Of a stretch of DNA of 64,000 bases, positions 1 to 8,929 are shown piece by piece. Source of the stretch: Alphaproteobacteria bacterium (GTDB lineage Bacteria > Pseudomonadota > Alphaproteobacteria > UBA828); the NCBI GenBank assembly GCA_963667785.2, contig CAXXMU010000005.1:352001-416000 (forward strand), given 5' to 3'. Position 1 is the first letter of the stretch; each line of letters starts with the position of its first letter. The position numbers were made by a program, and so were the translations under genes. The notes under the pieces were generated by a model that worked only from the letters and a program-made list of their open reading frames with translations, ran no database searches and was not told the DNA's origin.

Positions 1-1044
1 CAGTCCAGAGGGCCGGCAGGCCTGAAGCGGATGACGCTCGGGCGGGTCGGCACCGGGACCATCGAGGACCGCCGGCGCGAGGCATCCGTCGTCATCGACC
101 GCATTAAGCGGGGCGAGGACCCCAAGCCGTCGAAGCCGCCGCCACCGCCCACGGTCGCCGACCTGTCCGAACTCGTACTCAAGAACTACGTCGAGACGCG
201 CTGCAAGCCGAGCACGGCCAAAAACTACCGAGTGTCGATCCGGAACCACATCTTGCCCGCCCTGGAGACGAAGGCGCTCGAGGATGTCGGGTCCGAGGAC
301 CTCACGGCGCTCCACCACAAGCTGCGGGCGACACCGGCGGCGGCCAACCAGGCCATGTGAGTGCTGTCGAAGATGTTGTCGTTGGGCGAGAGCTGGGGGA
401 TGGTGCCGCCCGGCCGCAAACCGGGCCGGCATGTCCGCCATTACCGCGGGAAGCCCCGCGAGCGCTTCCTGACCCCGGAGGAGTTCCGGCGGCTGGGGAC
501 GGCGCTGAAGATGTTCGAAGCCAAGGGCTCGATGGTGCCCTCGGCGATCGCCGCGATCCGCCTGCTGATGCTCACCGGCTGCCGAACGGACGAGACCCTC
601 ACCCTGAAATGGGATGACGTCGACCGCACGGCGCGGGTCTAGCGCTTGCGCGATTCGAAGACCGGACCGCGCATGGTGCCGCTGACCGGGCCGGTGCTCA
701 AAGTGCTGGACGGCATCGAGCGGGCCAAAGGGGTTCCCTGGGTACTCCGGGGCACGAAGCCCGAGTCCCGGCTGGCCTGTCTTTCCTCGTATTGGCAGAG
801 GATCAGGAGAGAGACTGGCCTCCACGATGTGCGCGTCCACGACCTGCGACACTCGTTCGGCAGCCACGCAGTGCTACAAGGCGTCCCGCTACCGATTATC
901 TCCCGCCCGCTCGACCACAAGCGGTCGAGCATGACGCTGCGCTATGCCTATGTCGGCGACCGGGAGATCGAGGCAGCGGCGGAACGCATCGGAGCGGCTA
1001 TCGCGCGAGCATTGAATGGTAGCGCGACCAAATGCAATGCATAG
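1..1044 (+). pseudogene. Tyrosine recombinase/phage integrase, 5'-truncated by window edge, two in-frame stops
   Basis: ORFs 31-360, 361-642 and 646-1044 share one frame, separated by TGA (358-360) and TAG (640-642). Motifs LTGCRTDE, DSKTG, HDLRHS and TLRYA are present; the usual LGH box reads LDH. Confidence 0.9.
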
Positions 1045-1324
1045 TGCGCACCATCAATCGGCGGTTCTATCGTCAAGACCTCGCTTAGTAGGGCGGATTT
1101 AGTTGATCGATATTCTAGACAAGGAACTACTTCTAAGGCTATGGAAGATTGTTGATCAACCGTCGCATTTCTTGCAGGTCTCTCAGGAATTAGAGGTACC
1201 GTCTTTCATTTCCGTGGAACCCACACGAGTTCGTAGTCTTTTGTAACTATTTGGACTTGATCCCAAAAGCGCGATAGTACTACAAAGGGACTATATTTCT
1301 AACAGTCGAACCGGAGAAGGATCG

Positions 1325-1981
1325 ATGCTGTCGATCGCGGAGGAAATTGTACTCCTGGCACTGGACGATGAGACCGGCAAGCTGAACACGCGGCTGCCGG
1401 TTCACTCTCTGCGCAACGCGGTCAGCGGCGCCCTGCTAATGGACCTCGCCTTCGAGAACCGCATCGACACCGACCTGCACCGCCTCATCGTCATCGACGC
1501 GGCGCCGCTTGGCGCGCCGGTCCTGGATGACGTTCTCGCGCAGATCGCCAGCGACGAGGAGGAGCGGGAGACAGGCCATTGGGTTCACCTGATCGCCGGC
1601 GAGTACGAGACGCTGCAGCCGCAATTGCTGGGTCGTCTGGTTGCACGTGGAATCCTGTCCCAGCAAGAGGGCAGGCTGTCCTGGCTTATTGGCGTCCGTC
1701 GCTATCCGACCGTCGACGATCGTCCCCAGCGCGATGTGAAGCAGCGGATCATGGACACACTGCTGAGCGACGTGATCCCCGACCCACGCGACATCGCCAT
1801 CATCTGCCTGGCCGACGCCTGTGCCCTGTGGCGCGGCGTGATCGACGAGCGCGAGCTGGCCGATGCCAAGCCCAGAATCGAGCAGATCGTCAAGATGGAC
1901 CTGATTGGCCAGTCGGTCACCCGCACGATTCGCGAACTGCAGGACGCCACGCGCGGTGAAGAGGCCAAGTGGTTTCGCTGA
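1325..1981 (+). CDS. GPP34/GOLPH3-Vps74 family protein
   Basis: N-terminal LSIAEEIVLLALDDETG, GALLMDLAFENRI and L..RGIL...RRYP pattern; RBS-like GGAGAAGG upstream. Confidence 0.85.
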   Translation: MLSIAEEIVLLALDDETGKLNTRLPVHSLRNAVSGALLMDLAFENRIDTDLHRLIVIDAAPLGAPVLDDVLAQIASDEEERETGHWVHLIAGEYETLQPQLLGRLVARGILSQQEGRLSWLIGVRRYPTVDDRPQRDVKQRIMDTLLSDVIPDPRDIAIICLADACALWRGVIDERELADAKPRIEQIVKMDLIGQSVTRTIRELQDATRGEEAKWFR

Positions 1982-1993
1982 CCCACGTTCCGT

Positions 1994-2938
1994 TCAGACC
2001 ACCCATTGCAAGAGGAAGGCCACGGCGACGCTGACGGCGAGGCCGATGAAGCCCTTGAAGGCGTCCTTGACGACGATCATCGTGGTCTCGCGGTTCGACC
2101 GCAGGTGCGTGTCCAGCGCCACGGCGAACTCGCGGCCGGCCAGCAGGCCGAGGAACACCCAGGTGGTGCTCATGGGCACATTGCTCAGCTCCTTGAAGAA
2201 GAACAGGATGAGCCCGTAGATCAAGTCGATTATCGTCGCCGAGCGGATGTCCTGGGTGTTGATCTTGGTGGTGACGATGCGCTGGATCTCTCCGCCGCGC
2301 CGGTAGAAAATCCAGGCGTGCAGCACCACCATCACACCGATGACCATGATCAGCATTTCGGGCCCCAGCGAGCGGGGCAGATAGACCACGATATTGGCGA
2401 GGTCCTGGACCAGCCACTGGCTCCACAGGAACGCGGTGGAAAGCCATTGCAGCACCACCCAGTATGGTGCCGGTGGGCGGCTTGATGTCTCGATAAACCG
2501 GCGCTCGACGACGCGGGTTACGAACTTGTACACCAAGTAACCGACGACCGCGGCCACCGCATAGCCCAGGAGGGACTTGGTGAGCATGCTGGTCAGCCCG
2601 CGCGGGTTGAAGGCGGTCAGGACCAGAAACGTCGTGCTGACGGGGATACCGAGGCGCGTGAGACCGAGGATCACCAATGGCGGAATTATCATCCACCAGG
2701 CGTGGGTCTCGATCTCGGGGATTTTCGACAGCCGGCCGTAGGCCACATCGCCGTCATTCATGAAATAGCCGTATAGAAACACGGCAACGAGGATGCTGCT
2801 TGCGTATAGCCACAGAATCCACCAGGGCCGACGGGCGTTCGAGGCGAGAAACGTGCCCAGGGTTTGAATCGCGTCGTTGGCGACCACTGCATATGCCGCT
2901 AGCAAGAAGCCGACGTACATGTAGATTTCAGTGGTCAT
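1994..2938 (-). CDS. Multi-pass membrane protein, putative inorganic-ion permease (PiT-like repeated motifs)
   Basis: Hydrophobic 314 aa with ANDAIQTLGTF, PVSTTF, DLANI and PMSTTWVF motifs; start 23 bp after the znuB stop. Confidence 0.65.
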   Translation of the reverse strand: MTTEIYMYVGFLLAAYAVVANDAIQTLGTFLASNARRPWWILWLYASSILVAVFLYGYFMNDGDVAYGRLSKIPEIETHAWWMIIPPLVILGLTRLGIPVSTTFLVLTAFNPRGLTSMLTKSLLGYAVAAVVGYLVYKFVTRVVERRFIETSSRPPAPYWVVLQWLSTAFLWSQWLVQDLANIVVYLPRSLGPEMLIMVIGVMVVLHAWIFYRRGGEIQRIVTTKINTQDIRSATIIDLIYGLILFFFKELSNVPMSTTWVFLGLLAGREFAVALDTHLRSNRETTMIVVKDAFKGFIGLAVSVAVAFLLQWVV

Positions 2939-2961
2939 GGCAGGTTTGGCCGCGAACGCGG

Positions 2962-3801
2962 TTAACTGGCGGCTCTTCCCAGGAGTCGTCGCAAGGCGCG
3001 CCGGGAGTGGGCAGAGAACAGGGCGGCGCTGCCGAGGACGAGCGCGAAGAGAACCAGCGCCGCCACCACGATCGAGGGACCTGAGGGCGTGTCCCAAACG
3101 AGGGAGCCGTGAAGCCCGCCTGCCACCGACACTGCCCCGATCACGCTCGCAAACAACGCCATCTGCTCGGGCGTACGCGCCAGCCGTCGCGCCGTCGCCG
3201 CCGGAATGATCAGGAGCGACACGATAAGGAGCAGACCGATGATCTTCATGGCGATCGCCACGGCGAGCGCGATCAGTAGCGTGAAGGCGATGCGGACGAG
3301 GCCGACCCGCACGCCCTCGGCCCGCGCGAGTTCTTCATGGACGGTGATGGCCAGCAGAGGCCGCCAGATCAGCGCTGTCGCGATGAGGACGGCTCCGCCG
3401 CCGCCGTAGATCCAGATCAGATCGCGGCCGCTGACCGCCAGGATGTCGCCGAACAGGTAGCTCATCAGGTCCACCCGCACGCTCTCGAAGAAGCTGATCC
3501 CGACGAGGCCGACGGCGAGCGCGCCGTGCGCGAGGATGCCGAGCAGCGTATCCGTGGCCAGTCGCCGCTGCCGCTCCAACAGCAGAAACAGCAGGGCGAG
3601 CGCGACACAGGTGAGGATGATGCCAACATTGATGTCGATGCTCAGCGCAATACCGAGGACGACGCCGAGCAGCGCGCTGTGGGCGATCGAAGCTCCGAAG
3701 TAGGACATACGCCGCCACACGATGAAGCAGCCGAGCGGCCCGGTGGCGAGCGCTACGCCGATGCCGCCGGCAAGCGCGCGCGCGAAGAAGTCGTCGAACA
3801 C
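2962..3801 (-). CDS. znuB: Zn ABC transporter permease
   Basis: GCFIVWRRMSYFG, AHSALLG, DLMSYLFGDILA, LLIIPAATAR and DTPSGPSIV motifs. Confidence 0.9.
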   Translation of the reverse strand: MFDDFFARALAGGIGVALATGPLGCFIVWRRMSYFGASIAHSALLGVVLGIALSIDINVGIILTCVALALLFLLLERQRRLATDTLLGILAHGALAVGLVGISFFESVRVDLMSYLFGDILAVSGRDLIWIYGGGGAVLIATALIWRPLLAITVHEELARAEGVRVGLVRIAFTLLIALAVAIAMKIIGLLLIVSLLIIPAATARRLARTPEQMALFASVIGAVSVAGGLHGSLVWDTPSGPSIVVAALVLFALVLGSAALFSAHSRRALRRLLGRAAS

Positions 3802-3810
3802 CGCGTGTCC

Positions 3811-4620
3811 TTAGCCGGCCTCGCCTGACGGCGAACCGGTGCTGGAATGGCCACGGTCGGCCGGAACCACCGAAACGGGGAGGCCGTGAGTATGGTCGTG
3901 CTCGTGGGTGTAGACAGCGACCGCGGCAGCGGCATGGGGACCGAACAGAGAAATGTATTCGGGATGCCGGCTCACCGCCTCTGGCTCGCCGGCGCAGCAG
4001 ACATGCCCGTTGATGCAGACCACCCGGTCGGTCGCGCCCAGCACCAGGTGAAGGTCGTGGGAAATGATCAACACGCCGCATCCGCGGCGGTCGCGCAGCC
4101 GGGCGATCAATTGATGCATCGCCAGTTGACCCGCGAAATCCACCTGCTGGACCGGTTCGTCCAACACCAGCAGGTCGGAATTGCGCAGCAGGGCGCGGGC
4201 TAGCAGGACACGCCTGTATTCGCCGCCGGAGAGGCTGCTGAGCTGGCGCTCCATCACCTCCGCCACTCCTACCTCGTCGAGAGTCGCTTCGGCCTCGGCG
4301 CGGCCGCCGCGCCCCGCCATCGCGAGGAAACGCCGGACGGTGAGCGGCAGCAGTTCCTCCGGCGCGATGCGTTGGGGGACGTACCCCACGATCAAGCCGG
4401 GCGCGTGGCGGACAGACCCCGAGTCCGGCTTGATAAGTCCGAGCAAGGCGCGCACAGCGGTGGTCTTGCCTGCGCCGTTCGGGCCGATCAGGCTCAGCAC
4501 CTCCCGCCGGCGAACCTCGATCGAGACCCGGTCCAGCACCGTGCGATCCCCGTAATGCACGATGAGGTCCTGGCCTGAGGCGAGCAGCGGCTCGGAGGCA
4601 GGGTCAGGCCCCTGGTTCAT
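3811..4620 (-). CDS. znuC: Zn ABC transporter ATP-binding protein
   Basis: Walker A GPNGAGKT, LSGGE, LVLDEP, and ZnuC C-terminus CINGHVCCAGEP..HPEY..LFG..YTHEHDHTH. Confidence 0.9.
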   Translation of the reverse strand: MNQGPDPASEPLLASGQDLIVHYGDRTVLDRVSIEVRRREVLSLIGPNGAGKTTAVRALLGLIKPDSGSVRHAPGLIVGYVPQRIAPEELLPLTVRRFLAMAGRGGRAEAEATLDEVGVAEVMERQLSSLSGGEYRRVLLARALLRNSDLLVLDEPVQQVDFAGQLAMHQLIARLRDRRGCGVLIISHDLHLVLGATDRVVCINGHVCCAGEPEAVSRHPEYISLFGPHAAAAVAVYTHEHDHTHGLPVSVVPADRGHSSTGSPSGEAG

Positions 4621-4850
4621 GCGGTCGGCGGATGCATCGCGCCATGAGGGAAACTGCCTCACGGCCCGGTCATCGCCATGCGCGGTCGCCCTAGGGCCGG
4701 AACTCGATCCCCTTCGCCACATGCGCGGATGACGGGCGCGCCCTTGCGCGGCGTTGCTCCACATGCAATCGCCGACCTCCGCTCGAAGTGGCTTTCATCG
4801 CCGGTGCTTGCCATGTCGAGCGCTTCCCCCTCGCGACCGCCTGGATTCGA

Positions 4851-5339
4851 TCAGAAGAATACCATCAGCAGCATGATCCCGGCCGCTCCCCCCACGATGA
4901 AGGCGACGGTGCTGATAATGCCGGTTAGCGTTGCCCAGTCGGCCATCTGCCACGTTCGGGCTTCCACGTTGAACATGACGTCGGAGCGATCGCTGTCGCC
5001 GTCGACGAAGCGCTTCAGCGCGGATTCGGCGCCGTGGGCTTCCTTGATGGAGACGATGGTGACCAGGAACATGGTTAGCGCCGCCGTCAACGTGCCGATA
5101 CCGAACACCAGTATGGTCAACACTGCGAGCCAATGGAAAATGCCTTCAGTGTCGGTGCCCGTCGTGCTCATGAAGCCGATGATGAGGGCGGTGGCGCCGG
5201 CATTGCCGAACAGCAGGAAGCGCGTCGACTCGAGGATCATCCGGAACATGATGTTCCGGCGCATCGAGACGACCTTGTACCCTTCGCGGAGCCACTCCTC
5301 GCCGGTCTCCTCTAACGTGAAGTCTTCGAGTTTCTTCAC
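4851..5339 (-). CDS. Small membrane protein (about 3 TM), unknown function
   Basis: Hydrophobic segments; GTGA start/stop overlap with the upstream binding-protein gene. Confidence 0.7.
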   Translation of the reverse strand: MKKLEDFTLEETGEEWLREGYKVVSMRRNIMFRMILESTRFLLFGNAGATALIIGFMSTTGTDTEGIFHWLAVLTILVFGIGTLTAALTMFLVTIVSIKEAHGAESALKRFVDGDSDRSDVMFNVEARTWQMADWATLTGIISTVAFIVGGAAGIMLLMVFF

Positions 5340-6568
5340 TCGCCGGTCTCCCTCGTGCGCACGGAACCGACAATATGCTCTAACCGAACGTAGTCTGACC
5401 CGACGTTCGCGCCTTCATGGAAGACGATCACCCAGTCGTCGATGTGGACGGGGGTCGGCGCCAGCGCCGCTTCCAGGAATGCTTCCCGAGTGAGCTCCTC
5501 TGGCATTCGCTCCAACACGTCGATGAGGAAGCGACCCAGGATGTAGCCTCTGAGCGACAGCGAATCCGCCTCGCGCTCTCTGGCCGCCGGTTCGGCCTCC
5601 CTGTAGGCGTCGAGGGTTGCGCGGAAACGCTTCAGCAGCGCGACGTTGTTATCTCCGAGGTCCGGCGTAACTCTTGTCGCTAGCACCAGCGCATCCTGGT
5701 CATTTACCAACTCCCTCAAACGCTCCATGCTTATGAAGGACAGAGTCGCCATGACGTAGCCATGGCCGAGAGTCGTTGCCGTATTGATCAATTCGGCTAC
5801 TACCCCAGAAGTCGCTGCGAACATCACCACGTCCAAGTCGGCCTTGGCCATGACAAACGCGGCCCCATGAACGGCATGGGTATTCCGCGAATAGGAAGAC
5901 TTGGCGAGGATGGGCAGGTCGAGGGCGGTCAGTGCGTCATGGAAGTGCTTCAGAATCGAGCGGCCGAACGCGTCGTCCTGATAAATGATGCCAAACCGGC
6001 GAGCTCGCTCATGGTCGTACAAGTGGTTGACCAACAATTGTACTTCCTCTCGGTAGCCGGCGTGAAGATTGACCACGTTCGGGTTTCGCTCGGCGTCCCT
6101 CAGGAATTCCGCTCCGCTGAAAGGACCGACGAAGGGCATCATCGCCGAACGGAAAATGGGCAGCATGCGTTTGGCAGTCGGCGTTCCGACGCTGCCTATA
6201 ACCGCGAAAACCTCGTTTTCGACGACGAACTGTCTCGCGTTGGCTACAGCGGGATTCGGTTCGTAGCCGTCATCTCGCGTTACGAGCTTCAACTGTCTGC
6301 CGTGTACACCTCCTTCGGCGTTTCTTTCGTGAAAGGCGGCGAGTAGGCCGGCGCGATACTGACGGCCGCCGTGCTCGCCGGGACCCGAGAGGGGGGCGCT
6401 CTGACCGAAAGTGATGGCGTCTTCGGTCACTCCCGGCGCAGCTGCGGCAGGTGCGGCGCACCATGCTGCGCCGACGACGAGCGCGACGGCGAGCGCCGCG
6501 AGACACTTGCCCATCGGTGGCACCGTCCTCCCTGCCTTCATCCTCTCCTGCCGCCGAGTGCGATTCAC
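5336..6568 (-). CDS. Periplasmic ligand-binding protein, class I (LivJ/branched-chain amino acid-like fold)
   Basis: Signal peptide, FGQSAPLSGP, GGVHGRQLKLVTRDDGYEP, GSVGTPT and YQDDAFG; GTGA overlap with the hflK-like gene. Confidence 0.85.
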   Translation of the reverse strand: MNRTRRQERMKAGRTVPPMGKCLAALAVALVVGAAWCAAPAAAAPGVTEDAITFGQSAPLSGPGEHGGRQYRAGLLAAFHERNAEGGVHGRQLKLVTRDDGYEPNPAVANARQFVVENEVFAVIGSVGTPTAKRMLPIFRSAMMPFVGPFSGAEFLRDAERNPNVVNLHAGYREEVQLLVNHLYDHERARRFGIIYQDDAFGRSILKHFHDALTALDLPILAKSSYSRNTHAVHGAAFVMAKADLDVVMFAATSGVVAELINTATTLGHGYVMATLSFISMERLRELVNDQDALVLATRVTPDLGDNNVALLKRFRATLDAYREAEPAAREREADSLSLRGYILGRFLIDVLERMPEELTREAFLEAALAPTPVHIDDWVIVFHEGANVGSDYVRLEHIVGSVRTRETGE

Positions 6569-7956
6569 TGCGCGGCCTCCACGCCCGTCTCCGCCGGTGC
6601 CTCAGCGTCAGCCTTCTTTTTCTTCTCTTCCGTTCCGGTCTTCGACACGTCCTGAGCGCTTCCGCTCTCGGCCCCTTCGTCGACGACGGTCCGGTCCACC
6701 ATGGGAGGCTCGTTCGCTTCCGCCGCCGCGGCGACGCTCGTCAGGGGAGCATGGCGATGGTCGAAGATCGAAAGATCATCGAAGATCAACGAACGCGGAT
6801 TGGCGATCGTCATGTGGTCGCGTTCGCTCAGGCGAGTGTGAAGCCGTCCGTCGAGGAGGAAACGATCCGCTTCAACAGCTTCCAGACCGTGCGCGCCCGA
6901 CTCGCTCGCAGTCGTGATCGACGTCCGCGCGCCGGCCAGATTCTCCGTAGGAACGGAGGCCGTCGTCGTCGGCGCCGGCCCGCGCCCGATGCCGGGATGT
7001 ATCCCTTCGATCATGTTGACGTCGATCACCGACGTGTCGCCGGGGTTCACGGCCGAGAGTGTGGCATCGCGGAAGATGCTACGCATGCGCTGCCAGTATC
7101 GCGTGATTGTCACGGAGGCCGGCTCGCTTCGATAGGCCGCCAGCAGATCCAGGAATGCCCCCGCGCTGCTCTCTGCTTGAATCCGCCGTTCCCTTGCCCT
7201 GGCCGTCGCATCCATCAATACCGCCTCGGCTTGGCCCCGGCTTCGGGCCAGGAGTCTCTCCCTCTCGCGATTGGCGTGGCTGACGGCCTGAACGCTCTCG
7301 GCGATGGCGTCGCTCACATCGCGGAAGGCGGCAACGGTCTCGTCGATGGGGCGAAGATCGACGATGTTGAGCGCCAGCAGCTCGATGCCGATGTCGTTGG
7401 CATCGAGGTAGTCCAGGGTGTCCGTGTGCAGCTCGGCCTGAATCGCGTCACGATTGTTGGTGAAGATGAGATCGATGAAGTGCCGGCCCATGATCTCGAT
7501 CAGGCGCTCTCGCACGATGACCCGCAACACCGTTTCGGGATCGGTGGTCGCGTACAGGTAGTTCCTCAGATGGCCGATCCTGTATTGCAGGGCCACGTTC
7601 ACTTCGAACAGGTTCGTGTCTCCCGAGAGGATGGAGAAGCTGACGCTGCCGTCGCCGCCCTGCGAGGCCACGTTGTCACGCGTGATGCGCTTGACCTTGC
7701 GCACGTAAGCCCTTTCGACGACTGGAACCGCATAATGAATTCCGGGTGGGATCTCCTCGTCCACCACCTTGCCGAAGCGTGTCAGGACCCCCTGTTCCTC
7801 CTTCTTCACGACATAGATGCCGGTCGCCAGGACCGCGATGATCGTGATGGCGGCCAGCGCCACCAGGATCAGCACCCTGTGATCCCGCACGTAGTCGAAG
7901 GTCGCGTAGATGACGCGCGTGCTCGGTGGGAGACTCTCGGTGGTGGGTTCCGACAT
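6565..7956 (-). CDS. HflK-like SPFH/Band 7 protein with ~150 aa C-terminal extension
   Basis: N-terminal TM, EQGVLTRFGK..PGIHYAVP, GDTNL..V..ALQYRI, AFRDV..A, ARGQAE and TRYWQRM. Confidence 0.85.
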   Translation of the reverse strand: MSEPTTESLPPSTRVIYATFDYVRDHRVLILVALAAITIIAVLATGIYVVKKEEQGVLTRFGKVVDEEIPPGIHYAVPVVERAYVRKVKRITRDNVASQGGDGSVSFSILSGDTNLFEVNVALQYRIGHLRNYLYATTDPETVLRVIVRERLIEIMGRHFIDLIFTNNRDAIQAELHTDTLDYLDANDIGIELLALNIVDLRPIDETVAAFRDVSDAIAESVQAVSHANRERERLLARSRGQAEAVLMDATARARERRIQAESSAGAFLDLLAAYRSEPASVTITRYWQRMRSIFRDATLSAVNPGDTSVIDVNMIEGIHPGIGRGPAPTTTASVPTENLAGARTSITTASESGAHGLEAVEADRFLLDGRLHTRLSERDHMTIANPRSLIFDDLSIFDHRHAPLTSVAAAAEANEPPMVDRTVVDEGAESGSAQDVSKTGTEEKKKKADAEAPAETGVEAAQ

Positions 7957-7968
7957 GATCCCGTCTCG

Positions 7969-8871
7969 CTACTGCGATTCCGGCGCCGGTATTTCGTTGC
8001 TGTCGAGATACTTGAAGAGTTCGTTGTCGGCCGGCAGCATCAGCGTGGTGTTCTGGTCGATGATCGAATCGTAGCTGTCGAGCGCGCGGATGAACTTGTA
8101 GAAGTCCGGGTCCTCGCGATACGCGGTGGCGAGAGTCGCCATGGCGTCGGCTTCGGCCCGGCCGAGGATGGTGGTCGCCTCGGCGTGGGCGTGCGCCATG
8201 ATTTTCTCGTGCTCGTTGATGGCGTGCGCCTCGATCCGCATGGCCTGCTCTTCGCCTTCGCTGCGATAGCGGGCGGCGATGCGGGCACGCTCGGAGATCA
8301 TCCGCTGGATGATGCTGGGCCGGTTTGCCGCCGGCAGCGTGTACTCGACGAGGCCCGCGCGGATGACGTCGATACCATAGTCCGCGGCGGCAATGGGCTT
8401 GACCTGGTCGAGTATCTCCCGGGACGCGATGGTGAGGTCTTCGTTCGCCAGTCCGAGGCTCACGAAGGCGTCGCGGGACTTGTTGCTCACCACGATGCCG
8501 ACACTCGCCCGATACAGATCGCCCAGCCGCTCGATAGCCCTGGCCTCGGTTCGGACGGATTCCACGTAGCGAATGGGGTCGGTAATGCGCCACAGCAGGT
8601 AGCCGTCCACCAGAACGTTCTTCTGGTCCTCGGTTATGAACTCCTGCGTGAGGCCGGTCAGCGGGCGCACGCGCCTGTCCACCTTGTACACCCGTGAGAT
8701 GGGCCACGGGTACTTGGCGTGCAGGCCGGGCTCCTTCGGCGGCTCAGTAATCTTGCCGAAGTGGGTGAGAACGCCCTGTTCCGATTCGTCGATGACGTAG
8801 AGACAGTCGTAGACGACGATGGCCACGAACAGGATTGCGATGGCTGCCGCTACTCGCTTCTTCGTTATCAT
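7969..8871 (-). CDS. HflC-like SPFH protein
   Basis: N-terminal TM, QGVLTHFGK..PGLHAKYP, TEDQKNVLVD..WRITDP, RMISER..A..YRSEG and DPDFYKFIRALDSY (HflC signature). Confidence 0.9.
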   Translation of the reverse strand: MITKKRVAAAIAILFVAIVVYDCLYVIDESEQGVLTHFGKITEPPKEPGLHAKYPWPISRVYKVDRRVRPLTGLTQEFITEDQKNVLVDGYLLWRITDPIRYVESVRTEARAIERLGDLYRASVGIVVSNKSRDAFVSLGLANEDLTIASREILDQVKPIAAADYGIDVIRAGLVEYTLPAANRPSIIQRMISERARIAARYRSEGEEQAMRIEAHAINEHEKIMAHAHAEATTILGRAEADAMATLATAYREDPDFYKFIRALDSYDSIIDQNTTLMLPADNELFKYLDSNEIPAPESQ

Positions 8872-8929
8872 GGCTGGCTTCCCATCGTTCCGTTCGCGGA
8901 GGCGCTCCGACGCGTGATCGGCGTCCGTC

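Noticed and set aside
6565-8871. Labelling as canonical hflK/hflC
   Set aside because: Order is C then K, behind a permease-SPFH fusion, without the usual neighbours, so gene symbols were withheld.
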